Source: Chiloscyllium plagiosum (taxonomy: Eukaryota). Taken from it: a stretch of DNA of 64,000 bases. The stretch lies in assembly GCF_004010195.1 (NCBI RefSeq), contig NC_057719.1, forward strand, positions 58,482,079 through 58,546,078, read 5' to 3'. The first letter of the stretch is position 1; every line of letters starts with the position of its first letter. Below the pieces are notes generated by a model, which was given only the letters and a program-made list of their open reading frames with translations, ran no database searches and had not been told where the DNA came from. This document shows positions 1-13,429 of this stretch, in pieces. The translations under genes were made by a program, and so were the position numbers.

Positions 1-1094
1 TTACTACCTCAATGGAATCAGTTTAGGTAAAGGGGCAGTACAGAGAGATCTGGGTGTTCTTGTACACCAGTCAATGAAGGTAAGCATGCAGGTACAGCAG
101 GTAGTGAAGAAGGCTAATAGCATGCTGGCCTTCATAACAAGAGGAATTGAGTATAGAAGTAAAGAGGTGCTTCTGCAGTTGTACAGGGCCCTGGTGAGAC
201 CACACCTGGAGTACTGTGTGCAGTTCTGGTCTCCAAATTTGAGGAAAGACATTCTGGCTATTGAGGGAGTGCAGCGTAGGTTCACGAGGTCAATTCCTGG
301 AATGGCGGGATTACCTTACACTGAAAGACTGGAGCGACTGGGCTTGTATACACTTGAGTTTAGAAGACTGAGAGGGGATCTGATTGAGACATATAAGACT
401 ATTTATTAAAGGATTGGACACTCTGGAGGCAGGAAACATGTTTCCGCTGATGGGTGCGTGCCGAACCAGTGAACACAGCTTAAAAATACGGGGTAGACCA
501 TTTAGGACAGAGATGAGGAGAAACTTCTTCACCCAGAGAGTGGTGGCTGTGTGAAATGCTCTGCCCCAGAGGGCAGTGGAGGCCCAGTATCTGGATTCAT
601 TTAAGGAAGAGTTGGATAAGGCTCTCAAGGATAGTGGAATCAAGGGTTATGGAGATAAGGCAGGAACAGGATACTGATTGAGGATGATCAGCCATGATCA
701 CATTGATTAGATTAGATTACATTACATTACAGTGTGGAAACAGGCCCTTCGGCCCAACAAGTCCACACCGACCCGCCGAAGCGCAACCCACCCAAACCCC
801 TACATTACCCCTTACCTAACACTAAGGGCAATTTAGCATGGCCAATTCACCTGACCTGCACATCTTTGGACTGTGGGAGGAAACCGGAGCACCCGGAGGA
901 AACCCACGCAGACACGGGAGAACGTGCAAACTCCACACAGTCAGTCGCCTGAGGCGGGAATTGAACCCGGGTCTCAGGCGCTGTGAGGCAGCAGTGCTAA
1001 CCACTGTGCCACCGTGCCGCCCACTAATTGAATGGTGGTGCAGGCTCGAAGGGCAGAATGGCCTACTCCTGCACCTATTGTCTATTGTCTATTG
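1..1094 (+). mobile_element. CR1-clade LINE 3' fragment (RT C-terminus and 3' UTR), interrupted by an HE1 SINE
   Basis: ORF 74-409 has CR1 ORF2 motifs (LYRALVRPHLEYCVQFWSP, RRLRGDLIETYK). The 3' UTR resumes at about 1026 and ends in a (TCTATTG)n tail. Confidence 0.92.
705..1022 (-). mobile_element. HE1-type tRNA-derived V-SINE
   Basis: Minus strand begins GGGCGGCACGGTGGCACAGTGGTTAGCAC (A box) and has a GGTTCAATTCC B box, the V-core GTTTCCTCCGGGTGCTCCGG and a (TAATC/TAATG)n tail. ATTGA occurs at both junctions. Confidence 0.9.
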
Positions 1095-1095
1095 A

Positions 1096-1733
1096 GTGGA
1101 GAGTGTCAAGCTCCTGGGAGTGGTCATCCATAACAAGCTTTCTTGGACTCTTCATGTGGATGCACTGGTTACAAAGGCCCAACAATGTCTCTTCTTCCTC
1201 AGGCAGCTGAGGAAATTTGGCATGACAGCGAATACTCTTGCCAACTTTTATAGGTGTGGCATCGAGAGCATTCTGTCTGGATGTATCACTACCTGGCATG
1301 GCAACTGTACTATTCAAGATCGGGGACAGTAACAGAGAATGATGAACTCAGCCCGGACAACCACAAAAGCCTACCTCCCATCTATACAATCCATCTACCA
1401 GGCCCGCTGTCAAGGAAAGGCCACCAACATTCTCAAAGATCCATCCCATCCTGGCAATGTTTTTCTACAATCTCTGCCATCAGAAGAAGCTTGAACACAC
1501 TCACCAGCCGGTTTCAAAACAATTTCTACTCCACTGTTGTTGTTAGAATACTGAATGGACTCAAACTATTAACATTCACCTTTACCTGTGTTTTTGTTTT
1601 TGCCACTGTTTACTTATTATTTACTTATCTCTGTTACTTAACTATGTGATCTGCCTGTATTGCTTGCAAGACAAGGCTTTTTACTGTGCCTCGGTACATG
1701 TGACAATAAATTCGATTCGATTCGATTCGATTC
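1096..1733 (+). mobile_element. Rex1/Babar-clade LINE 3' fragment
   Basis: Peptide KLLGVVIHNKLSW...KAQQCLFFLRQLRKF...FYRCGIESILSGCITTWHGNC. The end reads GTGACAATAAA followed by (TTCGA)n at 1711-1733. Confidence 0.85.
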
Positions 1734-2532
1734 ATCAGCTTCAATGGACATGTCTTCCATCTCAGGAGATGGCAAATCTTTAATCTTCTGCTAGGCCGTT
1801 TCCAAGCATGAAATTGACATTAATAGGCAATTTTGATACCATTCCAACAGTAGAGGCTCATTGGCTAAAGTACAACTGTATGCAGTTGAACAGGTAAAAC
1901 CTTTGACCAATGTCTTGAATTGGTATGCTCCTTTTTAACATGTTTTGCTAGCAATAAGCTTAAAGCTAAAACTGTGTCCTGGATTTTCTTTCGGACAAAA
2001 TTAGAAAGCTTTCCCCGTCAACTAGAGAACTTTGACTCTTAAACTGTAAATACATTTTATGGTATTGGTTTGTGATAGCTTTCACTTGCTAATAAACTGC
2101 TTGCTGCAAAAACATTTGACAGGCCTGCATGCTTCACTTTCAATTTCCAGAATTCTGTTTTTATATAGGAAAGATAATATGTTGGTCTCCTTGATTTTTT
2201 TTAAATATCTTCCAAATTGAGTCCCATTGTCTTAATTTGAGAAGTGGAAGCCCCTTTTTATCATTTCTGGTATGCTTGTCATGGTGAGCAATGTTCTGTT
2301 TATTATCAACTCATTTATCTTCCCAGTTTGCAAACAAAGATTTGCTGCCCCATGTGTCTGCGCAATGCGGCACTTCAGAAATATCAGCTAAAAGTGCAGT
2401 TTCCTTTATTTTAGAATCTTGATAATTTTCTAGCGAGACTTGATACCAAAAAGATTGCTGACTTCAAATTTTTCGTGAAACATCACCTCACCAAGAGTTT
2501 GAAAGTCTGAATAAACTTTATCACCCTAAACT

Positions 2533-2835
2533 GGGCGTGGGGGGCTCAGTTGTTCGGACTGCTGCCTCACACCACCAGGGACCTGGGTATAATTCCAGCC
2601 TCGAGTGACTGTCGATGTAGAGTTTGCACAATCTCCCCAAGTGTCTGTATAGGTTCTTCTGGGTGCTCCAGTTTCCTCCCACAGTCCAAAGGTGTGCAGG
2701 TCAGGTGAATTGACCATGCTAAATTGCCCACAGTGCATTAGAGGGAAATGGGTCTGGATGGGTTATTATTTGGAGGATCGGTGTGGACTTGTTGGGCTGA
2801 AGGGCCTGTTTCCACACTGTAGGGATTCTAATCTA
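2533..2835 (+). mobile_element. HE1-type V-SINE, diverged copy
   Basis: tRNA-like head, V-core (CCAGTTTCCTCCCACAGTCCAAAG) and CR1-like tail GAAGGGCCTGTTTCCACACTGTAG. Confidence 0.85.
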
Positions 2836-2953
2836 AACCATTAAAAAAAATAATTTATTTTTCTGTTGCAAATCTGATTCTGTCTCTTCCTCAGATTTCA
2901 CAGTTTTATTTCTATCAGCTTAATTATACATTCTGCCAGATGTCTTAATTGTA

Positions 2954-4620
2954 CAGGTTGTTCTCCCATATTGTGCATCTTTATAAATGCAGTTTGACTG
3001 TAACCCAAATAGTGAATTGGGAACAGTTTTTTTAATAACACGAACTTCCATTAGCTATTAAGTGATTCCATCCCAGGCACTAGTTGTCACAAGTGCAGAC
3101 GACTGGACTTTGTGTTGACATTACATGATCAGTTGGCTCATGCACTTTGTGTTTCGTGAAAGGTAGTGTTGTACTCAGTAATTTTAGGTCCTGTTTTTGG
3201 CAAATCTTGCTGTGTTTTCCATGAATATGGAAGGGCAAAATTGCAAGGATGTTGACAGAAAGCATTCAGGTGAGAAAAATCACAGGTGGTGACTGTAAAA
3301 GAAAGGCTACAATACTTGAACAGAAGCTAGATATTATAAAGCATTTTGAGCATAATGAACATTTGGTCAGCATGGACAAGTGGACAGAAGGGTCTGTTTC
3401 CGTGCTGTATATCTCTATGACCCTATGACTTTATGAAAGAGCACGTGATATTGTTCATGCAACAGGAATAAAGGAGTCTACGCTATGCACCATTAGAGAC
3501 AATGCAGAAAAAATTAAAGCAAGCTGTATTGCTGGATCAAATCTGAATGCTAGCAAGTCTGTGGGATCATGAACAAACAAACTTGAGGAGATGGAGCAGC
3601 TTCCAGTGTCTGGATAGAAAATCAATCGAGAAAGCAATCTAGGACCACCTTTCTCACCATAAAACAGGAAGCCTTATCAATTTATGAGGACCTAAGGAAA
3701 AAAGTTGAAAATCCTGCAGATGTGCCTGCCTTCAATGGTAGTAGTGGCTGGCATGCTGGATTCAATAATGTAAACTTACGTGGCGAAGCTGCCAGTACAA
3801 ACAAGGAACAAGTGTTATCATTTCCTCTCATGGTGAAAAGATTGATTGAAGAAGAAGGCTACATCTTAGTTCAAATCTTCAGTTTGGACGAGACAGGTTT
3901 GTACTGGAAGAGAATGCCATCCAGAACCTACATTTTTAAGAATGAAGCACACACACCAGATTTTAGATTGCAAAGGATCATATGATTGTGTTGTCGGGTG
4001 CCAATGCTAGTGGGGACTTAAAGTTTAAGCCTATGTTAGTATATCACTGCCAACACACAAGTCTTGAAAGGTTGCCTTAAGTCCACTACAGGTGTTTACT
4101 TCAGGTCAAGTAAAGGAGGTTGGATGACGGGGCAATTTTTTTCTGACCTTATTGTTAATATTTTCGAGGATGTTTTTTAGAAATTATTGCAGGAGAAAAA
4201 ATTTGCATTTCAATAGTCTCCTCATTCTGGACAACGCACCAAGCCATCCTCCCACCATGGGTGAGCCATGTGAAAACATCAAATGCTATTTCTACCTCCA
4301 AACTCAACATCGTCTCATTCAACCCATGGACCAGGGTGCAGAAGCTTATCATTTAAGGCACACATTCAATAAGCTGATTCCAGCTACTGAAAGGGATATG
4401 AGGATAGTGTTTTTCAATTTTGGAAGAGCTTTAACATTAAAAATGCTATTGACATCATTGTGGAGGCCAGAGGTGATGTCAGTAAGGACTGCTTGCATGC
4501 AGTTGTGCAGAAGCTTCTCCTAGATTTTCTTCATGACTTTGAAGACGTTGAACTGTCAGAAGACCCTCCAGCAATCAGAGGACATTGTGTCGCTCTTGCA
4601 AGGGAATTTGAATTTATTTG
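2954..4620 (+). mobile_element. Degraded Tigger/pogo DNA transposon, right end missing
   Basis: TA followed by a TIR-like CAGGTTGTTCT. Fragments include HTH-psq (KRKATILEQKLDII), CENP-B-like FNGSSGW, and DDE pieces QIFSLDETGLYWK, LLILDNAPSHP and LIQPMDQG. There are many frameshifts and a CR1 tail inserted at about 3363-3431. Confidence 0.85.
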
Positions 4621-6252
4621 AATGGAACTGAGAAATAAGAAAGGGGCGATTACCTGATTAGAATTGGACTGTAGACCCCCTCAATGGTCAGCAGGAAATT
4701 TGTAAGGAGATCTCAGTTATCTGTCAGAATAATAGGGTGGTTAAGGTTGGGGATTTTAACTTTCCAAACATAGACTGGGACTGCCATGGTATTAAGGGTT
4801 TAAAACCGAATAGAATCCCTACAGATGAAAAGGAATTTGTTAGGTGTGTGCAGCAGAATTTTCTGATTCAGTATGTCAATGTATCTACGAGAGAAGGTGC
4901 AAAACTTGATCGCCTCTTGGAAAATAAGGCAAGGCAAGTGACTGAGGTGTCAGTGGGGGAACACTTTGGGGCCAGCGACCATAATTCTATTAATTTTAAA
5001 ACAGTGATGGTAAAGGATAAACCTGACCTAAAAGTTAAAGTTCTAAATTGGAGGAAAGCCAATTTTGACGGTATTGGGCAAGAACTTTCAAAAGTTGATT
5101 GGTTGCGGATGTTCACAGGTAAAGGGACAGCTGGGAAATGGGAAGCCTTCAACAATGAGATAACAAGAGTCCAGGGTCAGCATGTTCCTGTTAGGGTGAA
5201 AGGCAAGGCAGGTAGGTGTTGGGAATGCTGGATGATTAGAGAAATTGAGGTTTTAGTCAAGAAAAATAAATAAGCATATGTCAGGTATAGACAGAATAGA
5301 TCGAGTGAATCCTTATAGGAGTATAAAGGCAGTAGAAGTCTACTTAAGACTGAAATCAGGAGGGCAAAAAGGGGATATGAGATAGCTTTGGCAAATAGGG
5401 TTAAGGAGAATCCAAAGGGATTAAGGACAAAAGAGTAACTAAGGAGAGAATAGGACCCCTCAAAGTTCAGAAAGGCAGCCTATGTATGGAGCAGCAGGAG
5501 ATAGGGCAGATACTAAATGAGTATTTTGCATCTGTTTATACTGTGGAGAAAGAGATGGAGGACATAGAATGTTGGGAAATAGATGGTGACATCTCAAAAA
5601 ATGTCCATATTACAGAGGAGGAGGTGCTCAATGTCTTAAAATAGATAAAGGTGGATAAATCCCCAGGACCTGATCAAGTGCACCTGAGAACTGTATGGGA
5701 AACTAGGGAAGTGATTGCTGGACCCCTTGCTGAGATATTTGTATCATCGATAGTCACAGGTGAGGTACCAGAAGACTGGAGGTTGGCTAACGTGATGCAC
5801 TATTTAAGAAAAGTGGTAAGGAAAAGCCATAGAACTATAGACTGGTAAGCCTGACTTCTCTGTTGTAGGGAATCCTGAGGGAGAGGATTTACATGTGTTT
5901 GGAAAGGCGAGGACCTATTAGGGATAGTCAACATGTCTTTGTGCATGGGAAATCATATCTTACTAATTGACAGTGTTTTTTGAAGAAGTAACAAAGGGGA
6001 TTGATGAGGGCAGAGCAGTGAACATAATCTATATGGACTTTAGTAAAGCATTTCAATAAGGTTCCTCATGATAGACTGGTTAGCAAGGTTAGATCACATG
6101 GAATACAGAGAGAATTAGCTATTTGGATACAGAACTGGCTCAAAGGTAGATGGAGGGTTTCCTTTCAGACTGGAGATCTGTGACCAATGGTGTGCCGCAA
6201 GGATCGGTGCTGGGTCCACTGCTTTTCATCATTTATATAAATGATTTGGATG
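4620..6252 (+). mobile_element. CR1 LINE ORF2 fragment (endonuclease to RT)
   Basis: Motifs GDFNFPNIDW, SDHN, KSPGPD and [20 protein letters not shown]. Confidence 0.9.
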
Positions 6253-7385
6253 TTCACTGTTCACCAGTTTTGTTGTCATCCACAAACTTTGTGACCATCC
6301 CTTTTATATTTTCATCCAAATCGCTTTATCACTAACATCAGACTCACCTGTCTGTGGTCCCCTGGCTCTTTCTTGTAGCTTTTATTCAATAATAGCACAA
6401 CATTAGCCACCCTCCAGGCTTCTGGAACCTCACCCATGGCTGTCGATAATAAAAGTATCTCTATTGGGGGTCCCAGTGTCCATTATTACAGTTTATCATG
6501 TCCTGGCAATTTATCTCCCTTTATGTATTTTAAGATGTCTCGCATCTCCTCTTCTGTAATATGGACTCTCTTCAAGATATCCCTGTGTATTTTTTCAAGT
6601 TCTCTAGCTTCCATATCTTTCTCCACAATAAATATAGATGTGAATTTTTTGTTGAGGATGTCACCCATCTTCTGTGGTTCCACGTGTAGAAGGCCTCATT
6701 AATCTTTAAGAATTTCTCCCTAGTTACCCTGAATATACTTGATTGAATCTCTTTGCATTCTCCCTAACCTTATCTGTCAAAGCTGTTGCATGTCCCCTTT
6801 TTGCCCTCTTGATTTCTCTCATAGAGTCACAAAGTCAAACACCAAGGAAACAGACCTTCAGTCCAACCAGTCAATGCGGAACATCATCCCAAACTAAACT
6901 AGTCCCACTTGCCTGCTCCTGGCTCCTCCAAACCTTTCCTATTCATGTACTTATCCAAATGTCTTGTCCTACACAGCTTATATTCCTCAAGGAATTCCCT
7001 TGATCCCTTTATCCTTGCCTATACCTGACATATTCCTCCTTTTTCTTGTCCGGAGCCTCAGTATATCTAGTCATTCCATGTTCTCTACTCCTGCCAGCCT
7101 TAACCTTCACACTAACAGGAATATGCTGGTTCTGAACTCCTGCTATCTCACTTTTGAAAGCCTCCCACTTGCCTGACATCCTTTTAGCTGCAATCAGCTT
7201 CCCCAACCAATTTTTGAAAGTCCCTGAGTAATACCATCATATTTGGTCTTGCCCCAATTTGGAACTTTTAACTTGTGTACCAGGCCTATTCTTTCCATAA
7301 CTATTTTAAAACTAGTAGAATTATAGTCACTTGCCTCAAAGTGCTCTCCCACAAACACCTCAGTCACTTGCCATGCCTTATTTTG
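6253..7385 (-). mobile_element. Inverted CR1 fragments with a nested CR1 3' tail (about 6820-6965)
   Basis: Minus-strand CR1 peptides such as GDILNKKFTSIF, GKWEAFKSEI and VGEHFEASDYN. Confidence 0.8.
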
Positions 7386-8479
7386 ATACAAATATTCATT
7401 TGTAATTAACTTGTACTTCTTTGAATAATTCATGCCTTGTAAACTAGTTAAACCACCTCGTACATCGTCATTATTGCTATTTTTTCCCCTAAAATACATT
7501 GTTTCAACACAATATCCTGAAGCATCCATAATTCCCAATCCTAGTTTTAGACAAGATCCTGCACAATTTATTATGACCCTAAATGGTTCTTCAAAAGTTG
7601 GTATCGGAATTAAGAACACAGGTGAATTAATGGTTGGGTTTTTCCCATTACCTGAAATGTGTGGCATGTCTAACAAGATTTAACCATGTCTTTGTAATAA
7701 AATTTGTTTCATGTAAGCTGTTTTCTCTAATCGCAAAGTAATCTTCCTTGAAATCTCATGAGCCTCTTGTACAACGGCATTAAGATAGTCAGATGGAACT
7801 GTCATCTGATGGACTACTGCCCATTCCTCATTAGGTAATATATGAGATAATCTCCATTACCTTATTCATCCATTGTCTTTCAAATAGTAACACTTCAGCA
7901 TTGATTCTGAATCACATATGAAGGAGACTGTTTGGTACAGTTCTCTGAATTCAGGATTGAAAGAAGAAAGGCTAAACATGTCAGCATGATTCCGATTACT
8001 TTCCTTTTTTTTTAATAAGTTTTTAGTAATTTTGTTTGATAACTGAATTTCCAAGTCATCTCTCGTTTCTAATTGCTTCCTTCTCTTCCTGTCCAATTTT
8101 ATGGGCCTGAGATCAAGTCACAACATAGTCAGGGAACTATCCAGGAAGTTCTCCTGCAGCATTTTGGTCATTATACTTTTAGCATTTCAAGACAAGTGGT
8201 GAGGCCAATATTCTTGAACAAGCCAGGTCATTTCCAAATCCACTCCTGCTCTCTGGATTTGGTGCACTAATTAACTAAACATCGCTCATGTACTATGTGA
8301 CTTTCGAACCTAACTCTTTACAATGGGCTTAGTTTCTGTATGCCTCCAGTTTATATTTTTCTTCTTCATTAACCCTTCTGGAAGACAAATTGCATTTTCA
8401 ACCAGCATCAGTGGTTAACGAACTCCAGTGCATTTAAATATCTTTACTGGTTTACCTCCTTGATCATCTATCATCTCAG

Positions 8480-8810
8480 TTGGCACGGTGGCTCAGTGGT
8501 TAGCACTGCTGCCTGACAGCGCTAGGGACCCACGTTCAATTCCTGCCTCGGGCAACTATCTTTCTGGAGTTTGCACATTCTCACTGTGTCTGCGTGGGTT
8601 TTCTCCAGGTGCTCCGGTTTTCTCCCACAGTCCAAAGATGTGCAGGTTAGGTGAATTGGCCATGCTAAATTGCCTGTTGTGTTAGGTGCATTAGTCGGGG
8701 TAAATGTGGGGGTGTGGGACTGGGTGGGTTGCTCTTCAGAGGCTTGGTGTGGACTTGTTGGGCCGAAGGACCCGTTTCCACACTGTAGGGAATCTAACCT
8801 AATCTAATCT
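8480..8810 (+). mobile_element. HE1-type V-SINE
   Basis: GGCACGGTGGCTCAGTGGTTAGCAC head, V-core and (TCTAA)n tail. Confidence 0.9.
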
Positions 8811-8814
8811 ATAA

Positions 8815-10173
8815 CTGTAGTGAGGGTGGATCATGTTGTACGTTTGTTTAAGAAGGGTTGAAAGGAGAAACCTGTGAGTCTAGTTTTGGTTGGTGGTAAA
8901 TTGCTGGATGTGATTTTAAAAGATAGGATTTATGAACATTTAGAGAGGCAAAAAATTGTTTAGAGATAGTCAGCATAATATTATGGAAGGAAAGTTGTGT
9001 CTCACAAACGTGATTGAGTTTCTTGAGGAAGTTACCAAAGAAAGATTGATAACAGCAGGAGCAGTAGACATTGTTTACTTGGACTTCAGTAAAACCTTTG
9101 ACAAGGTGCTGCATGGTTGACTAATTAGTAAAGTTAGGTCACATGAGATGCAGGGTGAGCTTGCCAATTGGATACAAAATTGGCTTCACAGCAGGAGACA
9201 TAATGGTAGTAGAAGTTGATTTTTCAGACTGAAGGCTTCTCACTAGCGGTGTTCCACAGGGATCAATTCTGGGTCCACTTTTGTTTGACATTTATATGAG
9301 AATATAGAAGGCATGGTAAGTAAGTTTGCAGAAGACACCAAAATTGGTGGCATAATAAACAGTGGAGAAGGTTTTCTAAGATTATGAAATCATGATCAAA
9401 TGGGTCAATAGGCTGGAAAATGGCAGATGGAATTCAATCTGGATAAATGCGAGGTATTGCATTTTGGTACAACAAACATGGATAGGATTTATCCAGAGGG
9501 ACCTAGGGGTTCAGGTGCATAATTCTTTGAAGTTAGTATCACACATAGATAGGGTGGTTAAAAATGCATTTAGCATGCTTGTCTTCATTGCTCAATCCTT
9601 TGAGTATAGGAGTTGGGAAGTACAGGACATTGGAGAGGACTCTTCTGCAGTATTGTGTCCAGTTCGTCATCCAGTTATAGGAAGGATATTATTAAGCTGG
9701 AAAAGGTTCAGAAGAGATTTACTAGGCTGTTGCTAGGTATGGAAGGTTTGAGTTATAAGGAAAAGCTGGATAGGTTGAAACCTCTTTTACTGGAGCGTAG
9801 GAGGTTGAGGGGTGACCTTATAGAGGTTTATAAAATCATGAGGGATATAGCTAGGGTTAATAGGAGGTGTCTTTTCCCTAGGATGAGGGATTTCAAGATT
9901 AGGGGACATACTTTTAAAGTGAGAGTAGAGAGATTTAAAAAAGACATGAGGGGCAAATTTTTTTATATAAAGGGTTAGGTTGTGTGTAGAATGAAATTCC
10001 TGAGAATTGGTGGATATGGGCACAATTACAAAATTTAAAAGACATTTGGATAATTATATAAATAAGAAGTGTTTGGTGGGATATGGGCCAACAGACAGCA
10101 GGTGAGACTATTTTGGTTTGGGATTATGGTCAACATGGACTGCTTGGACTGAAGTGTCTGTTTCCATGCTGTA
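8815..10173 (+). mobile_element. CR1 LINE RT and 3' end
   Basis: LDFSKTFDKV, GVPQGSILGP and RRLRGDLIEVYKIM motifs, followed by a 3' UTR. Confidence 0.9.
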
Positions 10174-12609
10174 GTTTTTTTCTATTTGCTCCCTAAATCT
10201 AGTATGTTTTCTGTCCCCAAATGGATTTCCATTTAACCATTTTCCCAAATGTAATTGAGGGAACTCCCATATGCATTTACCAGAACTGTTGCTTCTCAGA
10301 GTTTTGAAACTTGCAGCTCATCTAAATAAATTTTAAGGTTTGCTGAAATGAAATGCTATTTCTGAATTCCTCCCTAAGCATGATTTCCCTCAGGTTATAA
10401 AAAGTTTTCTCCCACTTTAGAAATTGAAATCACTGATTCTGTTGCAAATTTTACAAATGTATGATTCGATTTTTTGCTTTGTCATACATTTTAATTGATA
10501 ATGCTTCTGACCACTTGAATTTTAAGTTGTTTTTAAAACAGTTTCCCATGTTGCAGATTGCTGTTCTGACAAACTGGCAAACACATTCAAAGTCATACGT
10601 GTTAAAACACCCTAGGATCCAGACATCTTTTAGTCCTTTGGTTTTCCGAGCTATCATTTCAAATGAGGCAAACATTTTTTAACTGCTTACTCTATAAATC
10701 TAGGTATTTAATTAACATAGATTAGTATTTAAATCAAATCTGTTATTGGAATCAGGATCATCTTCTGAGCTACAGGCTCTTCCTCCTTCTTTTATTCTAA
10801 GATTTTCTCTTTCGAAGTTGTTTTTTCTGAGTTGCTTATCTTTTTGAAGGTCAAGCATTTTAAACTTTCATCTCCCTTTCCATTTCTGTTTGTCTTCTCC
10901 CTTTCTATTTTCCTTCACTTTTCACTCTTTTTATTTATTCAAGCTTTCTTATTTTCAATTCTCTTTTTAATTTTTTCCCCATCCTTTCCATTTCTCTCTG
11001 CTTCTCTATTTCTTCCAATTTAACTCTCTTAATTTCTCTTTATTCTCTCCATCAAGTTTTTTTTTCATTTCTAGCTGAATCTTCCAAATGGTGATGTGTC
11101 AAATTCCACTTACCAATCAAATTCAGGTCACTTTACTTTTCAATCTAAATGCTGGGCAATTACTTTAAACATCTGGTCCTTACAGGACCCTGCTTTTATT
11201 TCTATCTTCAATTTATCGCTAATGCCCTTAGTTTAGCCTTAAAGAGTTCAAATAATCCATTGTGAGTGTCTTCTATTCCCAGAGAAGTCCATGAAATAAA
11301 CGCAACATCACATCTGTTTTACATTCTTACCTCCACAGGCATGCTTTAAAAGACGTGCATTTAACTCCGATTCTACAAGAGTCCCCGCTTTACGATTCCA
11401 GGTGTTGGTAGGACTGGACAATCCTGAGTCTTGAATAAAACTTGGCTCAATAGATCACGTTTAATTTAGTATGTTGAAACATCAATCTAACCTGTGTTTT
11501 AAAATCAAAATCCAAAATGACATTTCATCACAGTCGACATTCAAACAAGTTCTGATTGGAATTAAAATTTATTACCTGCATCATAAGTATGTAGATAGGA
11601 TTGTTTTGTAAGTATTGCTATCTTTGAGCTGTTTTACTTTTGTAAAGATTAAGAAAAATTGGACGCTCTTCATTAATAAGTTCTAATATCTGCAATTTTG
11701 AAAATGAAAACAAAATTGTTGTAAAATTCACACTTAAGCTTTGAGTATTATTTTAAACACAGTAGATCAATACTCCTCAAGTGTTGTGCAGCAGTTACTT
11801 AAGAGTGCTGTCTGAGCCTGGGCCTTTTGCTTTTTTTCACTTTTCTGTTTCAAGAATGCCTTGGCATAATAATGGGATAGAGTAATTTATTTTAAGACAA
11901 TTCAAGCATAGCTGATATATGCTGGTTTTCCACTGAAACATTGATGCATGTAAATTTTCCGGACCAGTTCCAAATCTTTAGTCTAAATAATTTACTACTC
12001 ATTTGCATGAATGTGTCTTGTTGCAGAAGTCAATATTGAGGTGCATTGCAGCCTATAGTCTCTCAGTATGCTATAATTAAGCAGTTTCAGTCAGAAAAAA
12101 AAGTCTTAAAACATGTTAGCATAATTATTGTTCTTTTAAGGCGATTTCTATTTCAAATCTCATTTTGTCAAAGGTGCAGAATGTATAAAGATACTTTATA
12201 ACAAAAACTGTATGAAACTGGAATATATAACCGTGAAAATATTTCGCAAAATATAATGCGTTCTTCATCATGTCTTAAAGAAATCTTCAGACAAAAATAT
12301 TGTTAATTTGTGTAATATTGTTAAACATATTATAGCTACTTGTTCTACATGAGGGTGGAAAGGAATTTGGCAGGGGAATAGGAAAAAGGTCCTTTTTGTG
12401 TATAAGTAGTAGAATCAGCCAGTGGATCCATTAACTTATTTTGTTATAGTAGCATTTGTGTTTTTTTAAAAAAAACTGCCTTAATCATTGGACATAGTTT
12501 TTTTTGGCTTCCGACATCTATTTATTTTAATTGATGCAGGAATGAGCCATAAAACGTTGAATAGTCAAAAAAAAAATGGAAACAGGGAAAAATTGAGGCA
12601 ACATGCTTG

Positions 12610-12738
12610 CAACCACCTGATGAAGGAGCAGCGCTCCGAAAGTTAGTGCTTCTAAATAAACCTGTTGGTCCCTAACCTGGGGTCATGTGATTTTTAAGTT
12701 TGCACACCCCAGTCCAACACCTGCATCTCCAAGTCATG
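12610..12738 (+). mobile_element. Penelope-derived terminal mini-element (family B) with a hammerhead motif at 12614-12648
   Basis: CAC-CTGATGA-A-GGAGC-AGC-GCTCC-GAAA-GTTA-GTG. The same sequence family occurs at about 19964-20302 and 45050-45243. Confidence 0.75.
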
Positions 12739-12916
12739 GCTGGTAATCTAGCCTTCAAAAATACAGTTATTCCCAGCAGCAAGGAGATGTAGTTGGATTC
12801 CTGTTTCCTGAAGTGTGAAAGTGAAATAGCAACCTCTGCACCTTGGATCAATGCATGATTCTACTAATAACTCCTTCAGTATGTTGCAGTTAAATAAGTA
12901 CACTTATTCTTTCTAG

Positions 12917-13164
12917 AAATCTCAGGAACGCCCTTTTCCAGATTCTTCACAGCAATCAGTTGTTCTAAAACTTAACTCTGATAATTGGACCCAACAAGAG
13001 CCTAGAACTTACAGCTTTTACTTGCAAGATGATGAGTACAGAACTTCAAAATATTACTCTTCTATTCCTTTGCAAATATCTAGCATGATGCAAATCACAA
13101 CAATTGAATGGTGTCAAGGAGTACACTCTGAAATGAAACGGTATATGGAAGTAAATAATGTAAG
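12917..13164 (+). CDS. MIPOL1: Candidate upstream coding exon of MIPOL1 (248 nt, phase 0 to 2)
   Basis: Acceptor ttattctttctAG, 82 open codons (KSQERPFPDSSQQ...RYMEVNNV) in AT-rich unique DNA with the other two frames closed, and donor AAG|GTATAA. Its phase matches the acceptor at 34644. No clear homology was recognised. Confidence 0.45.
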
Positions 13165-13429
13165 GTATAATGTTTTCCTTTATTTCTTTTAATGCATAAA
13201 ATACATTGACATATAAAAATATGTTTATTCAACTGTAAATGTACTAACATTAAAAGTAATCAGTCCAGTTCATTATAAAACTTACCTTTCACCTCTTGCT
13301 CTGTGTTGAATTCATCCTGACGTGAGTAACAATCTTTTGATTGTTTTGCTCCAGTCATAAAATTTAATGGTTCATACCAGGTTACTGTATATATATATGA
13401 CTTTAAAAACATATGACTTTAAAAACAAT

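Larger units (their letters stand above)
7390..11400 (-). mobile_element. Degraded Gypsy LTR retrotransposon with gag-protease-integrase order (Gmr1-like), interrupted by HE1 and CR1
   Basis: Minus strand has a Lys/Glu-rich gag N-terminus (10800-11300), FASFEMIA...W (about 10675), a GVDL/GNDLA-like protease remnant (about 8220-8260), and an integrase Zn-finger region with LIPIPTFEEPFRVIINC (7550-7800). Confidence 0.6.

Noticed and set aside
705..1022. tRNA-like A/B boxes in HE1 copies as tRNA genes
   Set aside because: They continue into the V-core and LINE-derived tail, so they are SINE heads.
10800..11080. T/C-rich low-complexity ORF resembling a membrane protein
   Set aside because: It is the antisense of a Lys/Glu-rich gag-like region.
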